64,000 bases of DNA from Bacteroidia bacterium (lineage in GTDB: Bacteria > Bacteroidota > Bacteroidia > M30B66): contig OZ257142.1 of the NCBI GenBank assembly GCA_965279035.1, positions 1,280,001 to 1,344,000 on the forward strand. The letters run 5' to 3'. The notes below the pieces were generated by a model. That model was not told the origin of the DNA. It was given only the letters and a program-made list of their open reading frames with translations, and did not search any database. A program made the position numbers and the translations under genes. Each line of letters opens with the position of its first letter. Within the stretch, counting starts at the first letter, position 1. Below are positions 31,588 to 42,814 of the stretch, piece by piece.

Positions 31588-33296
31588 TTGTTGATTTCTT
31601 GTCTTACGAATTCAAGTAATTCTTGAACATATTCAGGTGAAAAATCAAATTTAATATCCGCCATTTCGTATAATTCCGGTAATGTTTTGGTATAGCCAAG
31701 ACTCAATGTATGCTCAAATGCACTTAATGCTTTTGTTGGGTTTGTCTTATAATTTCTCCAAATTCCAATTGCAGCAAGTTGAGCTATACCATATTCTATA
31801 TAATAAAACGGTACTTCAAAAACATGAAGTTGTCGATGCCATGCGGATTGTTCAAACTCAGGATAAGAAGTTCTATCAATGATCTTCCCTGAAAAACGGC
31901 GATAAACTGAAAGCCATGCATTTTTTCTTTCTTCTCTTGAATGATTGGGATTTTCGTAAATCCAATGTTGAAAAGCATCTATGGTTGCAATCCAAGGAAG
32001 AATGCTAATGATTTTTTCAGATTGATATTTCCTTGCTCTTTTTAAATCATCTTCATTCTTAAAAAATAGTTCCCAATGTTCCATAGAAATTAACTCCATA
32101 GACATTGATGCAACTTCTGCAATTTCGGATGGCGTATTTTTAAAACCAGTAATTTCTAAGTCTTTGCTTAACCAAGAATGAAGAGCATGTCCTCCTTCGT
32201 GCATCATAGTAATCATATCACGAACAGAACCAGCCGAATTCATGAATATAAAGGGTAGGGCAGAAGCATACAAAGGGTAATTATAACCTCCTGGAGCTTT
32301 TCCAAGTCTTGAGTCAAGATCAAGATGCCCTTTTGAATCCATTAATTGAATTACCTCACCATAGCTTTGTTTAATTTCTCCAAAGCAGGCTATCGTTTTA
32401 TCAATCAATTCTCTGCTAGTATGAAAAGGCTTTAGTGGTTCTTTATTATCAGTATCAACTTCCATATCCCAAGGATATAGTTTATCAACACCGAGTTTTA
32501 TACGTCTTTCTTCTTCCCATTCTTCAATTAGTGGAACTATATATTTTTCAACTGATTGATGGAAATTTTTGCATTGCTGGGCTGTATAATCGAAACGGCC
32601 CATAGCATCAAACATGTACTCACTATAATTTGAATATCCAGCATTTAATGCAACTTGATGTCTTAAAGAAAGTAATTTATCAAATAATGAATCAAGTTCT
32701 TCTTGATCTTGTTTTCTGCGATTATTAATCTTCAAATAAACCTCTTCTCGTAGATTCCGATCTTTCGATTTAAGCAAATTTGCTGCTTGTTGAAAGGTCA
32801 AAGTTTGACCATCAATTTGAACCGACATTGCACCCGTAATTCTGCCGTAGTCGCTTGCAAGAGTTTGGATTTCAGTTATTAATGGTAGATTTTCAGTACG
32901 AAACAAATCAGCTTCTTTACGAATACTTCGAATGTAAACCGCATATTGAGGATCTTTTAGCAGATCTTCTAAATAATCGCTAGTTAAAAGCTTACGATTT
33001 AATTGATCATTAAATTCAGCAACTTGAGGTTCTATTTCTTGTATGAAAAAATTGAGGGCTGTTCTTTTTTCTTCGCTATTTGTATCGCAAGTTTGATGAA
33101 TATAACGCCAGCCAAGTTCTTCTTGAACTATTGCTTCCAAATCACTTCTATCCTTAAGCCATTTTCGTAATTCAAAAAAACTTGCAATTTCTCGGCTATG
33201 TAGATTTTCGAAAAATGGTTCAAGGTCGGCCCATGAATTAATTTTAAATTCGGATGAAACAAATAAGCTCGTATGATCTTCTCGTGAAACAGGCAT
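31584..33296 (-). CDS. pepF: M3 family oligoendopeptidase
   Basis: HEGGH zinc motif, GKAPGGY, EIAEVASM, PFYYIEY. Confidence 0.9.
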   Translation of the reverse strand: MPVSREDHTSLFVSSEFKINSWADLEPFFENLHSREIASFFELRKWLKDRSDLEAIVQEELGWRYIHQTCDTNSEEKRTALNFFIQEIEPQVAEFNDQLNRKLLTSDYLEDLLKDPQYAVYIRSIRKEADLFRTENLPLITEIQTLASDYGRITGAMSVQIDGQTLTFQQAANLLKSKDRNLREEVYLKINNRRKQDQEELDSLFDKLLSLRHQVALNAGYSNYSEYMFDAMGRFDYTAQQCKNFHQSVEKYIVPLIEEWEEERRIKLGVDKLYPWDMEVDTDNKEPLKPFHTSRELIDKTIACFGEIKQSYGEVIQLMDSKGHLDLDSRLGKAPGGYNYPLYASALPFIFMNSAGSVRDMITMMHEGGHALHSWLSKDLEITGFKNTPSEIAEVASMSMELISMEHWELFFKNEDDLKRARKYQSEKIISILPWIATIDAFQHWIYENPNHSREERKNAWLSVYRRFSGKIIDRTSYPEFEQSAWHRQLHVFEVPFYYIEYGIAQLAAIGIWRNYKTNPTKALSAFEHTLSLGYTKTLPELYEMADIKFDFSPEYVQELLEFVRQEINN

Positions 33297-33307
33297 TTTA
33301 CTGAATT

Positions 33308-33850
33308 TTATCCACCTGTTTTTCGAACTGTTGTAGTTTTAGCCATTCCTTTCGATGAGGCTTTAGGAGAAGATGTTTTTGCGACTTCTTTTGCTTTGGG
33401 TTTTAAAACTGCTTTTTCTGATTTAGCTTTATCTACTGTAGTTTCTTCTTCTTCTTTATTTTCAGCTGCATCTATTAAAAGGCCTTTTTCAAGAAGAATT
33501 GAATACCAAACAAAAACTTTTTTCATGTCAGATGCATAAACTCTGTCTTGATCAAATTCAGGTACAAAAGAAATAAATGCATCTTTAATTTGATTGTTTG
33601 AGTCTTTTGCACTCGGAATGGCAGTGCCTGATTTTGAATCTCTGATAGATCTAAAGACTGTTTTCAATGGAATATCATCCGCAAGTCCGTAAATGCTGAT
33701 GTCTTCCAAAGCACTTACTTTACTTGTAGAATATACAGGTAATCTTTTACCATCACTAATTGATTCTACCAATAAACCGCTCTTTGTTTGAGCAATTACT
33801 TTGTATAATCCGCCCATTCCGGCAACGGATATGATGCCACTTAAATCCAT
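33308..33850 (-). CDS. DUF5606-family Bacteroidota protein with basic tail
   Basis: IISVAGMGGLYK, SALEDISIY, PEFDQDRVYASDMKK..WY. Confidence 0.75.
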   Translation of the reverse strand: MDLSGIISVAGMGGLYKVIAQTKSGLLVESISDGKRLPVYSTSKVSALEDISIYGLADDIPLKTVFRSIRDSKSGTAIPSAKDSNNQIKDAFISFVPEFDQDRVYASDMKKVFVWYSILLEKGLLIDAAENKEEEETTVDKAKSEKAVLKPKAKEVAKTSSPKASSKGMAKTTTVRKTGG

Positions 33851-33912
33851 ATTATTATTGCTTTTGATGCAAACGTAGTTGAATTCCCTTCTTTATCAAA
33901 CAGGAAAAATGA

Positions 33913-36684
33913 TTAATGCTTAACTGCTATTCGCTTTTGAACAATTTCGTTAAGAGATTCAATCTTTAAAATGTATATCCCATCTGCTATTTCACTTGTA
34001 GAAATGCTTAAATTATTTCCTTGCCAAGAGCTTGAATAAACTATTCTTCCACTTAAATCAACAAGCATTATTTTAGAACTGGTTGATATGTTGTTATTTC
34101 TTCGAAGGAATAATATATCGGATGTTGGATTCGGGAAAATAGAATACGAATTCGTTTTCTCAGAAACAGAAAGAGGGATTCCTGTATTTAAATAAAAATC
34201 TCTTGCTGTAACTGCCGATTGAGTTAGATCTGTATAATTTCCAGCAGCTAATAATGCAAAAGCAACAATTTGTTCTTCTCCAGGCTGTATCGAAAATGGT
34301 CCTGCTGAAACTACATTTAAAATATCTGTTCCATTTCCAGCCATCCCTCCTTGATCTTGTGATGTAGAAAGGCAATAGTATTTATCTGCACTACTAAAGC
34401 CATTAAATAAATTAATACCACCTAATCCTCCTGAAATATTTTCAATAGCATGTTGACGTCCTGGTTGATCTGTTAGTACTTGTACTCCAGTGTATATACT
34501 GTCGATTGGGGCAGTATACACATAGCCAAGTTTTAAAGTTGATTGATAACCAGCTCGGTTGTTCGAATAATTAATCAAATCCCAATCTGTGAAAATCCCA
34601 GCATATACTTGATCATATGAAATATTAGAGGAGTTGTTGATTCTATATTCAAGAATTACAAATTGATCATTGGGCGCATGCTGATCTGAAATTACGCGAA
34701 CCCCTGTAACAACAGGTAAAGTAGGAGAGGGAGCTTCCATAATACCTGAATACACTTCGATTCCGGCCTGAACCATAGGTTCTATTGTGAGTCTTTGCAT
34801 TGTATTCCAGTCGGCATCATCACCAGAATTACCACGTACATTATCAAATACATTCGAATTATCTAATCCCAACATAAATCCTCCTTGGTAGAGCAAATTC
34901 TCACTATGGTTAAATTGGAATCCTAATCCAGGCAAATACGAACTACCAGTAACTCCAATTGTGCTATTTCCACCAATCGAGGTTTGAATTTGGTTATTCT
35001 GTACATTAATGAAATCAGCATTCACTGGAAAGCTAAATGTTTGCGTTTGAAGAAATCCATCGGCATTTGAATGAAGTTGAACCGTTAGCAATTCATTTAA
35101 TCCAACTCCAGCTCCAACAATAATTTTAAAAGGATCAGTTTGAATATCTAAGGTTTGTAGACTTGCTAATGGACCAATTCCTCGTGTTGGATTTAGGATT
35201 TGGAAATTCGAGTTCAGTGTTATCAATTCTAAATTAACATCCGATGCATCTGATAAGTAATTGATTAAAATACCCGACATTAAAATGGTGTCGCCGGGTA
35301 GGAAAAGACCTTGGCCAGAATCATTAATAGTTATTTCGTTGATTACTATTGAAGGATGACCGGTTTCAGATAATGATCGAAACATATTGATACGTCCATA
35401 TCCCATTTTACCTTGATAAGGAAGATTGGACGAAAGATTATCGACCTGATCGCAGGTAACTTTCAGTTGTTCACAAATTTGTTGACTAGAATAGGACGGT
35501 AAAGCAGCTCTTAAAAGTGCCGCACATCCAGCTGCCGTTGGTGATGACATTGATGTGCCTCCTGTAGATAAATAGTCTCCGTTTGACCAAGTAGATAAGA
35601 CCAAATCTCCAGGAGCAAATAAATCGACATTGTAACCATAGTTTGAAAAATCGGATTTGAAATCTTGGTTATTTGTAGAACCAACTGCCATTGTGTAAGG
35701 ATACATTGCGGGATAAAATGCAATTTCATTGCTATTATTACCTGCTCCACCAAATACAGCACAATCCTTATTAATTGCGGCATAGCGAACAACATCTGCA
35801 TTCATTTCACTAAACGTTGTTCCTCCCCAAGAGCAGTTAATCACCTTGCATCCATGATCGGCGGCATAAACAATTCCTTCATAGGCACCTGATAAGATTC
35901 CATCAACATTAGCAACTTTAACATGAATAAATCTGCAATTAAACCCCGTTCCAGCTACACCGGTTGCATTATCTGTGCTCGCTGATGATAATCCACTTAC
36001 ATGTTGTCCATGATAATTTCCATCTGATGTAGGATCATTATCATTACTACCGGTATCCCAACCCATGTAATTATCAATATATCCATCATTGTCATCATCA
36101 ATTCCATTGATAGGATCTGCATAATTTCGTTGAATATTATTGGACAAATCGGGATGGAAAGGATCATAGCCTGTATCAGTTATGCCTACAACTACTGTTG
36201 TGTCGCCATGATGTAAATCCCAAGCTGCATATGCATTAAGCCTTGTTAAAGAGTATTGTTCAGCAATGCGTGTATCATTGGGAACATAACAAAGTGATGG
36301 AATGAAATGCGGTTCAGCATATTTCACCTCAGGCATTTTCTTTAATTCATCTATAATTTTAATCAAATCGACATCTACCTGAAATGAGACTTTATAAATT
36401 CCCGTAAGATCAGCTAGTTTCTCTCCTCGTTTATTAACTAGAGTTTCAGGTTTTTTCGCATATGGAAACTTCTTAATAATCTGAATAGCAGAAACATTTT
36501 GTAAAAATTGGCTTATTCGCACAGGAATCTGATCTTCCAAATTGGCGCTTTCTTTTAAACAGAGGTTAATTTCTCCAGCAAGGTATGGGTCAGAATATCG
36601 TTTGTTCGAAATGACTTTTTCTGATTGACTATTTAGGTTCTTAAAACAGAATAGTAAAATGGAGAGTATTAGGATGTAACGCAT
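33913..36684 (-). CDS. S8 family serine peptidase with T9SS CTD
   Basis: Catalytic triad in ITDTG, HGQHVSG and GTSMSSP; IFPNPTS...GIYIL (CTD). Confidence 0.9.
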   Translation of the reverse strand: MRYILILSILLFCFKNLNSQSEKVISNKRYSDPYLAGEINLCLKESANLEDQIPVRISQFLQNVSAIQIIKKFPYAKKPETLVNKRGEKLADLTGIYKVSFQVDVDLIKIIDELKKMPEVKYAEPHFIPSLCYVPNDTRIAEQYSLTRLNAYAAWDLHHGDTTVVVGITDTGYDPFHPDLSNNIQRNYADPINGIDDDNDGYIDNYMGWDTGSNDNDPTSDGNYHGQHVSGLSSASTDNATGVAGTGFNCRFIHVKVANVDGILSGAYEGIVYAADHGCKVINCSWGGTTFSEMNADVVRYAAINKDCAVFGGAGNNSNEIAFYPAMYPYTMAVGSTNNQDFKSDFSNYGYNVDLFAPGDLVLSTWSNGDYLSTGGTSMSSPTAAGCAALLRAALPSYSSQQICEQLKVTCDQVDNLSSNLPYQGKMGYGRINMFRSLSETGHPSIVINEITINDSGQGLFLPGDTILMSGILINYLSDASDVNLELITLNSNFQILNPTRGIGPLASLQTLDIQTDPFKIIVGAGVGLNELLTVQLHSNADGFLQTQTFSFPVNADFINVQNNQIQTSIGGNSTIGVTGSSYLPGLGFQFNHSENLLYQGGFMLGLDNSNVFDNVRGNSGDDADWNTMQRLTIEPMVQAGIEVYSGIMEAPSPTLPVVTGVRVISDQHAPNDQFVILEYRINNSSNISYDQVYAGIFTDWDLINYSNNRAGYQSTLKLGYVYTAPIDSIYTGVQVLTDQPGRQHAIENISGGLGGINLFNGFSSADKYYCLSTSQDQGGMAGNGTDILNVVSAGPFSIQPGEEQIVAFALLAAGNYTDLTQSAVTARDFYLNTGIPLSVSEKTNSYSIFPNPTSDILFLRRNNNISTSSKIMLVDLSGRIVYSSSWQGNNLSISTSEIADGIYILKIESLNEIVQKRIAVKH

Positions 36685-36800
36685 TGAACGAAGTTCGCTA
36701 TTTAGTTATCATTCAACAAATAAAAAGAATTTCGATGGAAAATATGGCAATGAGCGCCATCATTCCGGACATATTTGTATTTTTGACAAAAAACACGACT

Positions 36801-37601
36801 ATGCTTTCAGCGAATCTTAAATTTTTACGTAAGCAAAAAGGGCAGTCTCAAGATGAAGTTTCTCAAAATTTAGCCATTAAGAGAACGACATTAAGTGGAT
36901 ATGAAAATGGCTCAGCAGAACCCAATACGGATAATTTAATTCGGATAGCTGCATTTTATAATTGCTCCATTGATGATCTCTTGAAGGTTGATTTAAGTAT
37001 TATGGGAGAATCAAGAGTTTCATCAAAAAGTTCAGTGTTGGGCCACGATTTAGCAGGAACTAGTTTAAGAATAATTGCTACTACTGTCAATCAAGAAAAC
37101 ATCGACAACATAGAGCTTGTTCCCATTCAGGCTCGTGCTGGTTATACAAATGGGTATGCTGATCCAGAATATATTCGAGTATTACCTACTTTCCAATTAC
37201 CATTTCTTTCGCCCAATAAAAAATATAGAACCTTTCCAATCATTGGAGATTCAATGCCTCCAGTTGCTGATGGATCATGGGTAACTGGAGAATACCTTCA
37301 AAACTGGAATTTTATTCGAAATGGAAATCCATACATCGTCATTACTAAAGATGAAGGGATCGTTTTTAAAATAGTATATAACCAAATTGAAGACAATGGC
37401 ACTTTATTGCTTTGTTCAACCAATCCTGCATATGAGCCATATGAAATTCATATAGATACTGTTCAGGAAATTTGGAAATTCACACATTACATAAGCTCGG
37501 AGCTTCCAGAACCCAATTTGAATAAGAATGAATTATCGAGTACCGTACTTCAATTACAAAGAGACGTGAAACGATTGCAGAATACTCTCCGAACAACATA
37601 A
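36801..37601 (+). CDS. XRE-family HTH regulator with S24 (LexA/CI-like) autopeptidase domain
   Basis: HTH NLKFLRK...YENG.AEP; Ala-Gly site ARAGY; GDSM serine; VFK lysine. TATTTTTG box at 36778 supports ATG 36801. Confidence 0.85.
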   Translation: MLSANLKFLRKQKGQSQDEVSQNLAIKRTTLSGYENGSAEPNTDNLIRIAAFYNCSIDDLLKVDLSIMGESRVSSKSSVLGHDLAGTSLRIIATTVNQENIDNIELVPIQARAGYTNGYADPEYIRVLPTFQLPFLSPNKKYRTFPIIGDSMPPVADGSWVTGEYLQNWNFIRNGNPYIVITKDEGIVFKIVYNQIEDNGTLLLCSTNPAYEPYEIHIDTVQEIWKFTHYISSELPEPNLNKNELSSTVLQLQRDVKRLQNTLRTT

Positions 37602-37633
37602 AAAAAGCCGTCAGATGAATTCTGACGGCTTTT
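37601..37633. terminator. Bidirectional intrinsic terminator
   Basis: AAAAAAGCCGTCAGA-tgaat-TCTGACGGCTTTT. Confidence 0.85.
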
Positions 37634-37650
37634 GATTTTTATTAGAAGAA

Positions 37651-39882
37651 TTATTTTTGGATTACTAGACGCCCATAGGTCGTTGCTCCTTTTGCATTTG
37701 CTTGAAGAATGTATACTCCATTTGCAAAATGTTGAAGATCTAATGCTCCTATGGTTTGGTTAATTCCACCTTTGATGAATTGAGTATGAACAATTTTTCC
37801 AGCCATATCGCGAACAACCAAATTTATATCTGCTGATTTTGTTTCTAAAACAACAGTAAATAAACCAGCAGAAGGATTAGGCAAAATCATTAACTCGTTT
37901 AAGATTGCTTCCTCAAATCCAACATTAGTTGTGCTGCATGGTTCTGTTGCACCTGCAATGTATTCCATTGTTTGGAAATTAATATAGCAAGCGTATTCAG
38001 GATGATCGATGAACGGATTACGGTTCCCTTGAAGAGAATCTAGGAATTCGTTACGTGCTTTTTCATAGCTGCTTGGAGGATCTTGATAATGCCATTTTCT
38101 CAACACATTTTGATCTTGGTACCGTGTTGAAGTATTAGGCAGTCCCCAATTATGTCCACTAACACCATTATATGTTGTTGCCATATAAAATAATGCTCTA
38201 GCAGCATCTCCTTTATGTGCATCACGTGGTTCGAAAACCAATTTACCATTGGCATTCATCCCTAATTTACAATCTAAATAAGTAACACTTGGAGTTACTA
38301 CTTCGCCTAATGGGTAATCTAAACGTACTTGATTTGCATTTTCGAACTGTGCTGGAAATAAATGATGTTGATCATCATATTCAGGAAGTTCAGGATTATC
38401 TGCCGGATTTGTTGGCATCCAAGCATGACAATACGTGTGTTCGCGACTCATATATGCCCAACCAAATGGTTCAGAATAGACATAATTCTCACCCGAATAA
38501 ACACATGAAAGAACTCGCTGACCATTTGTAGTATCACGTGCTTCAAACAAGCGGACCATTGTTTCATCATAATTTCCATAAAAAATGGAAGTATGAGGAT
38601 TGATCAAAGCTTGAAGATCGCTAACAAATGTTGAATTGGCTGTGTTGATTCCAGAATAAAGAGTCCCAAAATTATTAGTAGCTGATGTAACATTAGCTGT
38701 AAGAGGGTTGCTTTGCAAGTAGTTTCGAACTACTCCTGAACCATTGTATGAGAAAACAGCAAAATAATACGTTGTATTTTCAACTACATCATTGGGATTG
38801 AATGTCCCTGAGTTTCCAACATAAACAACTTTTGCATCACCAATTGGATCTCCAGGACCGTATACTTGACCGTCAGCAGGACTAGCAGTAATTGCAGATC
38901 CTTTTTTACGAAGAACAACATATCCTTCAGCTCCTGATGAAGCACCAGTTAAAGTTGCTGTATAACGGTAGCTTTTAATATTTGAAAATGTCAGCGATGT
39001 TGCTGCAGCAGTAGGTTCAGATGCATATTGACCTCCTGTACAATTTAAGACGATAGAATAAACAGACTCATCAGCATCATTGCTGTTAATCTCCATGGTT
39101 GCATAACGTGTCCCATTGGCAGTTGGGTTAAACGAAACAACAACATTCTGAGAAGATGAACCATTAATAGTAAAAGGTGTTGAAGGCGATCCTACAGAAT
39201 AATCAGCAGCATCTGCTCCAGTAAATGAAATACTTGAAATATCTAGTGCTTCTGTTGAACCTTGGTTTTGAACAGTAAACGTAATGTTTGCTGGGGTTGA
39301 AACCGGAGTTCCAAAAGGTGCAGCTGATCCACCACTAAAGATAGTTGCGCTGTTTTGTTGAACATTGATTTCTCTATTTGGTAATACACCCAAAGTAACG
39401 CTCACATCATCAATACCAACATTACAACCTGTTACTTTATTCGCGAAATAAAAACGAACATATCGACTCGCAGAAGCTGGAGATGAAGTGTATAGCTCGT
39501 ATGCATTCGAATTTAGTGTTGTATATGTTGTTAAATCTGTCCAGTTTGTTCCATCAACAGATTCTTGAACTTTAAAAGTACCACTCCAACTAGTTGGTCC
39601 ACCACCAATCCATCCTTTCAAATAATAACTAACTGTACCCATTGGATCAGCCGTTTGAATTTGAACATATTCACCTTGAGCTGGAGCATTGTCTAATTTA
39701 CCAGCAAGTCCGGTTTGTCCAGAAGCATATGTAAAAGTTCCAGCAATGTTTGTGGACCAGCCTGTTGGCAATGAAGCCGCACTGCTGAAATTATCAAAGT
39801 TGTATGAAGTAGGCAGCGCTGCCTGAGAAAAGCCTTGAATTGAAATCAAGACACTTGCAAATGCAAGAATTAGTTTTTTCAT
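37651..39882 (-). CDS. Secreted endonuclease I family nuclease with Ig-like (choice-of-anchor D-like) and FN3 domains and T9SS CTD
   Basis: SREH, DQHHLFP, EPRDAHKGDAARALFYM, QGNRNPFIDHPE; INSNDADE; LPNPSAG (CTD). Confidence 0.88.
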   Translation of the reverse strand: MKKLILAFASVLISIQGFSQAALPTSYNFDNFSSAASLPTGWSTNIAGTFTYASGQTGLAGKLDNAPAQGEYVQIQTADPMGTVSYYLKGWIGGGPTSWSGTFKVQESVDGTNWTDLTTYTTLNSNAYELYTSSPASASRYVRFYFANKVTGCNVGIDDVSVTLGVLPNREINVQQNSATIFSGGSAAPFGTPVSTPANITFTVQNQGSTEALDISSISFTGADAADYSVGSPSTPFTINGSSSQNVVVSFNPTANGTRYATMEINSNDADESVYSIVLNCTGGQYASEPTAAATSLTFSNIKSYRYTATLTGASSGAEGYVVLRKKGSAITASPADGQVYGPGDPIGDAKVVYVGNSGTFNPNDVVENTTYYFAVFSYNGSGVVRNYLQSNPLTANVTSATNNFGTLYSGINTANSTFVSDLQALINPHTSIFYGNYDETMVRLFEARDTTNGQRVLSCVYSGENYVYSEPFGWAYMSREHTYCHAWMPTNPADNPELPEYDDQHHLFPAQFENANQVRLDYPLGEVVTPSVTYLDCKLGMNANGKLVFEPRDAHKGDAARALFYMATTYNGVSGHNWGLPNTSTRYQDQNVLRKWHYQDPPSSYEKARNEFLDSLQGNRNPFIDHPEYACYINFQTMEYIAGATEPCSTTNVGFEEAILNELMILPNPSAGLFTVVLETKSADINLVVRDMAGKIVHTQFIKGGINQTIGALDLQHFANGVYILQANAKGATTYGRLVIQK

Positions 39883-39916
39883 TATCGATTATTTTGGGCA
39901 AAGGTTATTTAAAAAA

Positions 39917-42793
39917 TCAGAATGACACTTTTAAACCGAGATTAAATCTTCGGCCTTGTGAAATATAAGCGGAAGAAGTAGCGGCATCGAAATTCACTCC
40001 GTTAATACCATCAGTAATGTATATTCTATCAAGAATGTTGATGATACTAGCATTAAGTGTAAAATTCATTTTTGCAAACTTGAAATTATAGCCAGTATAT
40101 AAATCGAGGAAATAGTATGAAGGCATTTTCCAAGACTCATGATTGCTATTATCTTTTACTACTGCTCCAGTTCCATCTAAAACAGGAAGCAGTGTTAAAG
40201 GATCAAGATTCGCATAATTTTTATCAAAATATGTAATTCGTGCTTTTAGATAAAATCCTTTGAAAGGCTCATATCTGAAACCGCTTGCTAATTGAAATTG
40301 TGCCGCATCACCTACATGAACTCCATTAGCTTGGATTCTTAAAGTGTCTGTTAATGTTCCATTGTTGTCGAACAAATATGCATCGCCTCCTTTTTTATAC
40401 TGCCAATCTCCCCAAGAAACCAAACCTTCAAAATCGAGTTTCTTTGTAATTACAGTATTGAAATCGACTTCAAATCCAGTATGAACCGTATTCAAACCTT
40501 GAAGTTGATAGCTGTATTGATCACCTTGATAGGTGATATTCGCAAAAGATTGCGGAGGCTTATTTTGCCAATAGGTATAGTATCCATTCACATTGGCTGC
40601 AAACTTTTTACGTTTATATCCATATCCTAATTCGGCAGCATAAATATATTGTTGCTTGGCATCAGGAAATGAAATATTCGAAGTATTGGTATAAAACAAG
40701 GCATACCGAGGAGCAATGGATAAAATTCCTGCATTAATGAATACATTGTTGAATTCATTCAAATTGTAGTTTAATCCTGTTTTCAACGTATATCCAGGAA
40801 ACCATTTGAATTCATTGGTATTGTATCTCGCTTCCTTAGAATTCACGTCATAACGAGTTCCAACAAAAGTGGCAGAATCTCCTGGACTAAGCACTTCAGC
40901 TTTCACAACTCCACCATTGTTTGAGTAGTTCAAAGTATCTCCCCAACCAACTATTTCTTTAAAGGTTGAATCGCCAATGATCAAGTCTTTTTTCCTAAAA
41001 TAATCTTCTCTTTTGAAGCCTGTGTATGAGAATGAACCATTGATGAAAAAGGTAAACAATCCTTTTTTCCATTCTGCTTGAAGAAATGTGCCTGCCCATC
41101 TTACGAATCCATCATTATTATAATTGACTTTATCTCCCACACGTTGCATACGTGCTGCGAAGTTTGGATCCCCCGGAGCTAGTGGCTTAGGCGCAAGTTG
41201 ATTAGCTGAACTTATAACATAATCACCCCCAAATAAATTATTCACTTCCTGATAATGTGATCCTCGATAACTCCGTAAATCGATACCTCCTAGCAATGAA
41301 AAGCCTTTTTCATTATGGTAGTCCAAGGATGACATTAGACCATACCACATATGATTATTGACAGATGAGCGGATAAATTGATTTGATTTCGTTTCGGTTG
41401 TGCTGTATATCGGATCAATTACAGATGAATTATTTGCATACTGTTTTGTAAAATCATATTGACCATTTGTGCTATCTCTGGTAAAATTGGAATAGGAATT
41501 AAAAGCTGTTCCTCCACCTCTTCCAATCGATAAATAAGCCACTGTTGATAAAGTAAGTTTAGGTTTTATTGAATAAAAGTGACTTAAATTAAATTGTGGT
41601 TTATGGTAGTAATTGGTATTGGGATTCAGTGTTTGTTGATTCCCATTTTCATCCATATAAGAACCCCATCCAGGATTAAATCTAGGACCTCGTGGACCTT
41701 GCGTAGCCGTTGTGTAATTCGAAAATCCAGCTGATGAACTTGATTGATTTGGAGTATTATTTAAGATGGAATCTACATTCACTCCTAGTTTCTCTGCTAA
41801 TTCTCTACTGTATATTGCAACAGGAACACGTGATTGTCTTTGTCCATGAACCTGAGGTGATCCATTTGCACTCAGGGAAATGAGATGTTTCCCAAATTGT
41901 TTCTGTACTTTAATAAAGTAGGACCATGCCTCAAAATAGGTTTGATCAGTCCATCCATTTCCTTTTTTATAACTACCAGCACCAGTAATTCCCCAACCTC
42001 CTTTTAAACGACCAGTATTAAAACCTGCTGAAGTTTTGATCATCGCATTATTTCCGACTTCTTGTTTTACGAAAATATTTTTTTTGGCTTCAATTCCTTT
42101 GGTGATAATATTAATCGTTCCACCAACTGATTGAATAGCTAGTTTAGAAGCACCCAATCCGCGTTGAACTTGCATGCTTCGGGTAATATCGGATAAGCCA
42201 TCCCAATTGCTCCAGAAAACCTGTCCATTTTCCATATCATTCACAGGAACGCCATCAACCATTACAGCTACGTTCCGTTGGTCAAATCCTCGAATATTAA
42301 TTCTAGAATCTCCCATACCACCACCTTGTTCAGTTGCATAAACTCCTGGAGTAGAATTAAGAAGCATTGGTAAATCGCGAGAAGCACTTTCCTCCTGAAT
42401 ACGTTGTGCATTTAAATTCGAGAATGCAACAGGTGTTTCACGACTACGAGCAACATCAGCTATAATTTCAACTTCTTTCATCGAAGTAGATTCAAGCTTG
42501 ATAATGAACGTCTGTGTCTTATCAGCAATTTTTACTTTTTGAGATTGAGTTACAAAACCAACATAACTTATGGAAATCGTGTAATCTCCGTTTGGAAGAT
42601 CTTTGATTAAGAAATTCCCATCTAAATCGGTTACGGTTCCTTTTCCCGGTCCATAAAGCACTGAAGCGCCAATGAGCGTTTCTCCAGTATCACCGTTTTT
42701 AACAGTTCCTTTGATTGAACCTTGGGAAAATCCAAGGGAATTGGAAACAAGAATGATGAAAAGAAAAGAGATTTTCTTAAAGAAGTTTTCCAT
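39917..42793 (-). CDS. TonB-dependent receptor with carboxypeptidase-regulatory-like N-terminal domain
   Basis: GTVTDLDGNF, RETPVAFS, INIRGFDQ.N..V.VDGVP.ND, GGTINIIT, terminal GRRFNLGLKVSF. Confidence 0.92.
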   Translation of the reverse strand: MENFFKKISFLFIILVSNSLGFSQGSIKGTVKNGDTGETLIGASVLYGPGKGTVTDLDGNFLIKDLPNGDYTISISYVGFVTQSQKVKIADKTQTFIIKLESTSMKEVEIIADVARSRETPVAFSNLNAQRIQEESASRDLPMLLNSTPGVYATEQGGGMGDSRINIRGFDQRNVAVMVDGVPVNDMENGQVFWSNWDGLSDITRSMQVQRGLGASKLAIQSVGGTINIITKGIEAKKNIFVKQEVGNNAMIKTSAGFNTGRLKGGWGITGAGSYKKGNGWTDQTYFEAWSYFIKVQKQFGKHLISLSANGSPQVHGQRQSRVPVAIYSRELAEKLGVNVDSILNNTPNQSSSSAGFSNYTTATQGPRGPRFNPGWGSYMDENGNQQTLNPNTNYYHKPQFNLSHFYSIKPKLTLSTVAYLSIGRGGGTAFNSYSNFTRDSTNGQYDFTKQYANNSSVIDPIYSTTETKSNQFIRSSVNNHMWYGLMSSLDYHNEKGFSLLGGIDLRSYRGSHYQEVNNLFGGDYVISSANQLAPKPLAPGDPNFAARMQRVGDKVNYNNDGFVRWAGTFLQAEWKKGLFTFFINGSFSYTGFKREDYFRKKDLIIGDSTFKEIVGWGDTLNYSNNGGVVKAEVLSPGDSATFVGTRYDVNSKEARYNTNEFKWFPGYTLKTGLNYNLNEFNNVFINAGILSIAPRYALFYTNTSNISFPDAKQQYIYAAELGYGYKRKKFAANVNGYYTYWQNKPPQSFANITYQGDQYSYQLQGLNTVHTGFEVDFNTVITKKLDFEGLVSWGDWQYKKGGDAYLFDNNGTLTDTLRIQANGVHVGDAAQFQLASGFRYEPFKGFYLKARITYFDKNYANLDPLTLLPVLDGTGAVVKDNSNHESWKMPSYYFLDLYTGYNFKFAKMNFTLNASIINILDRIYITDGINGVNFDAATSSAYISQGRRFNLGLKVSF

Positions 42794-42814
42794 AGAAAAG
42801 CTTGAGAAATGGGC

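Noticed and set aside
36801-37601. XRE-S24 gene as a prophage repressor
   Set aside because: No integrase, structural or replication genes nearby.
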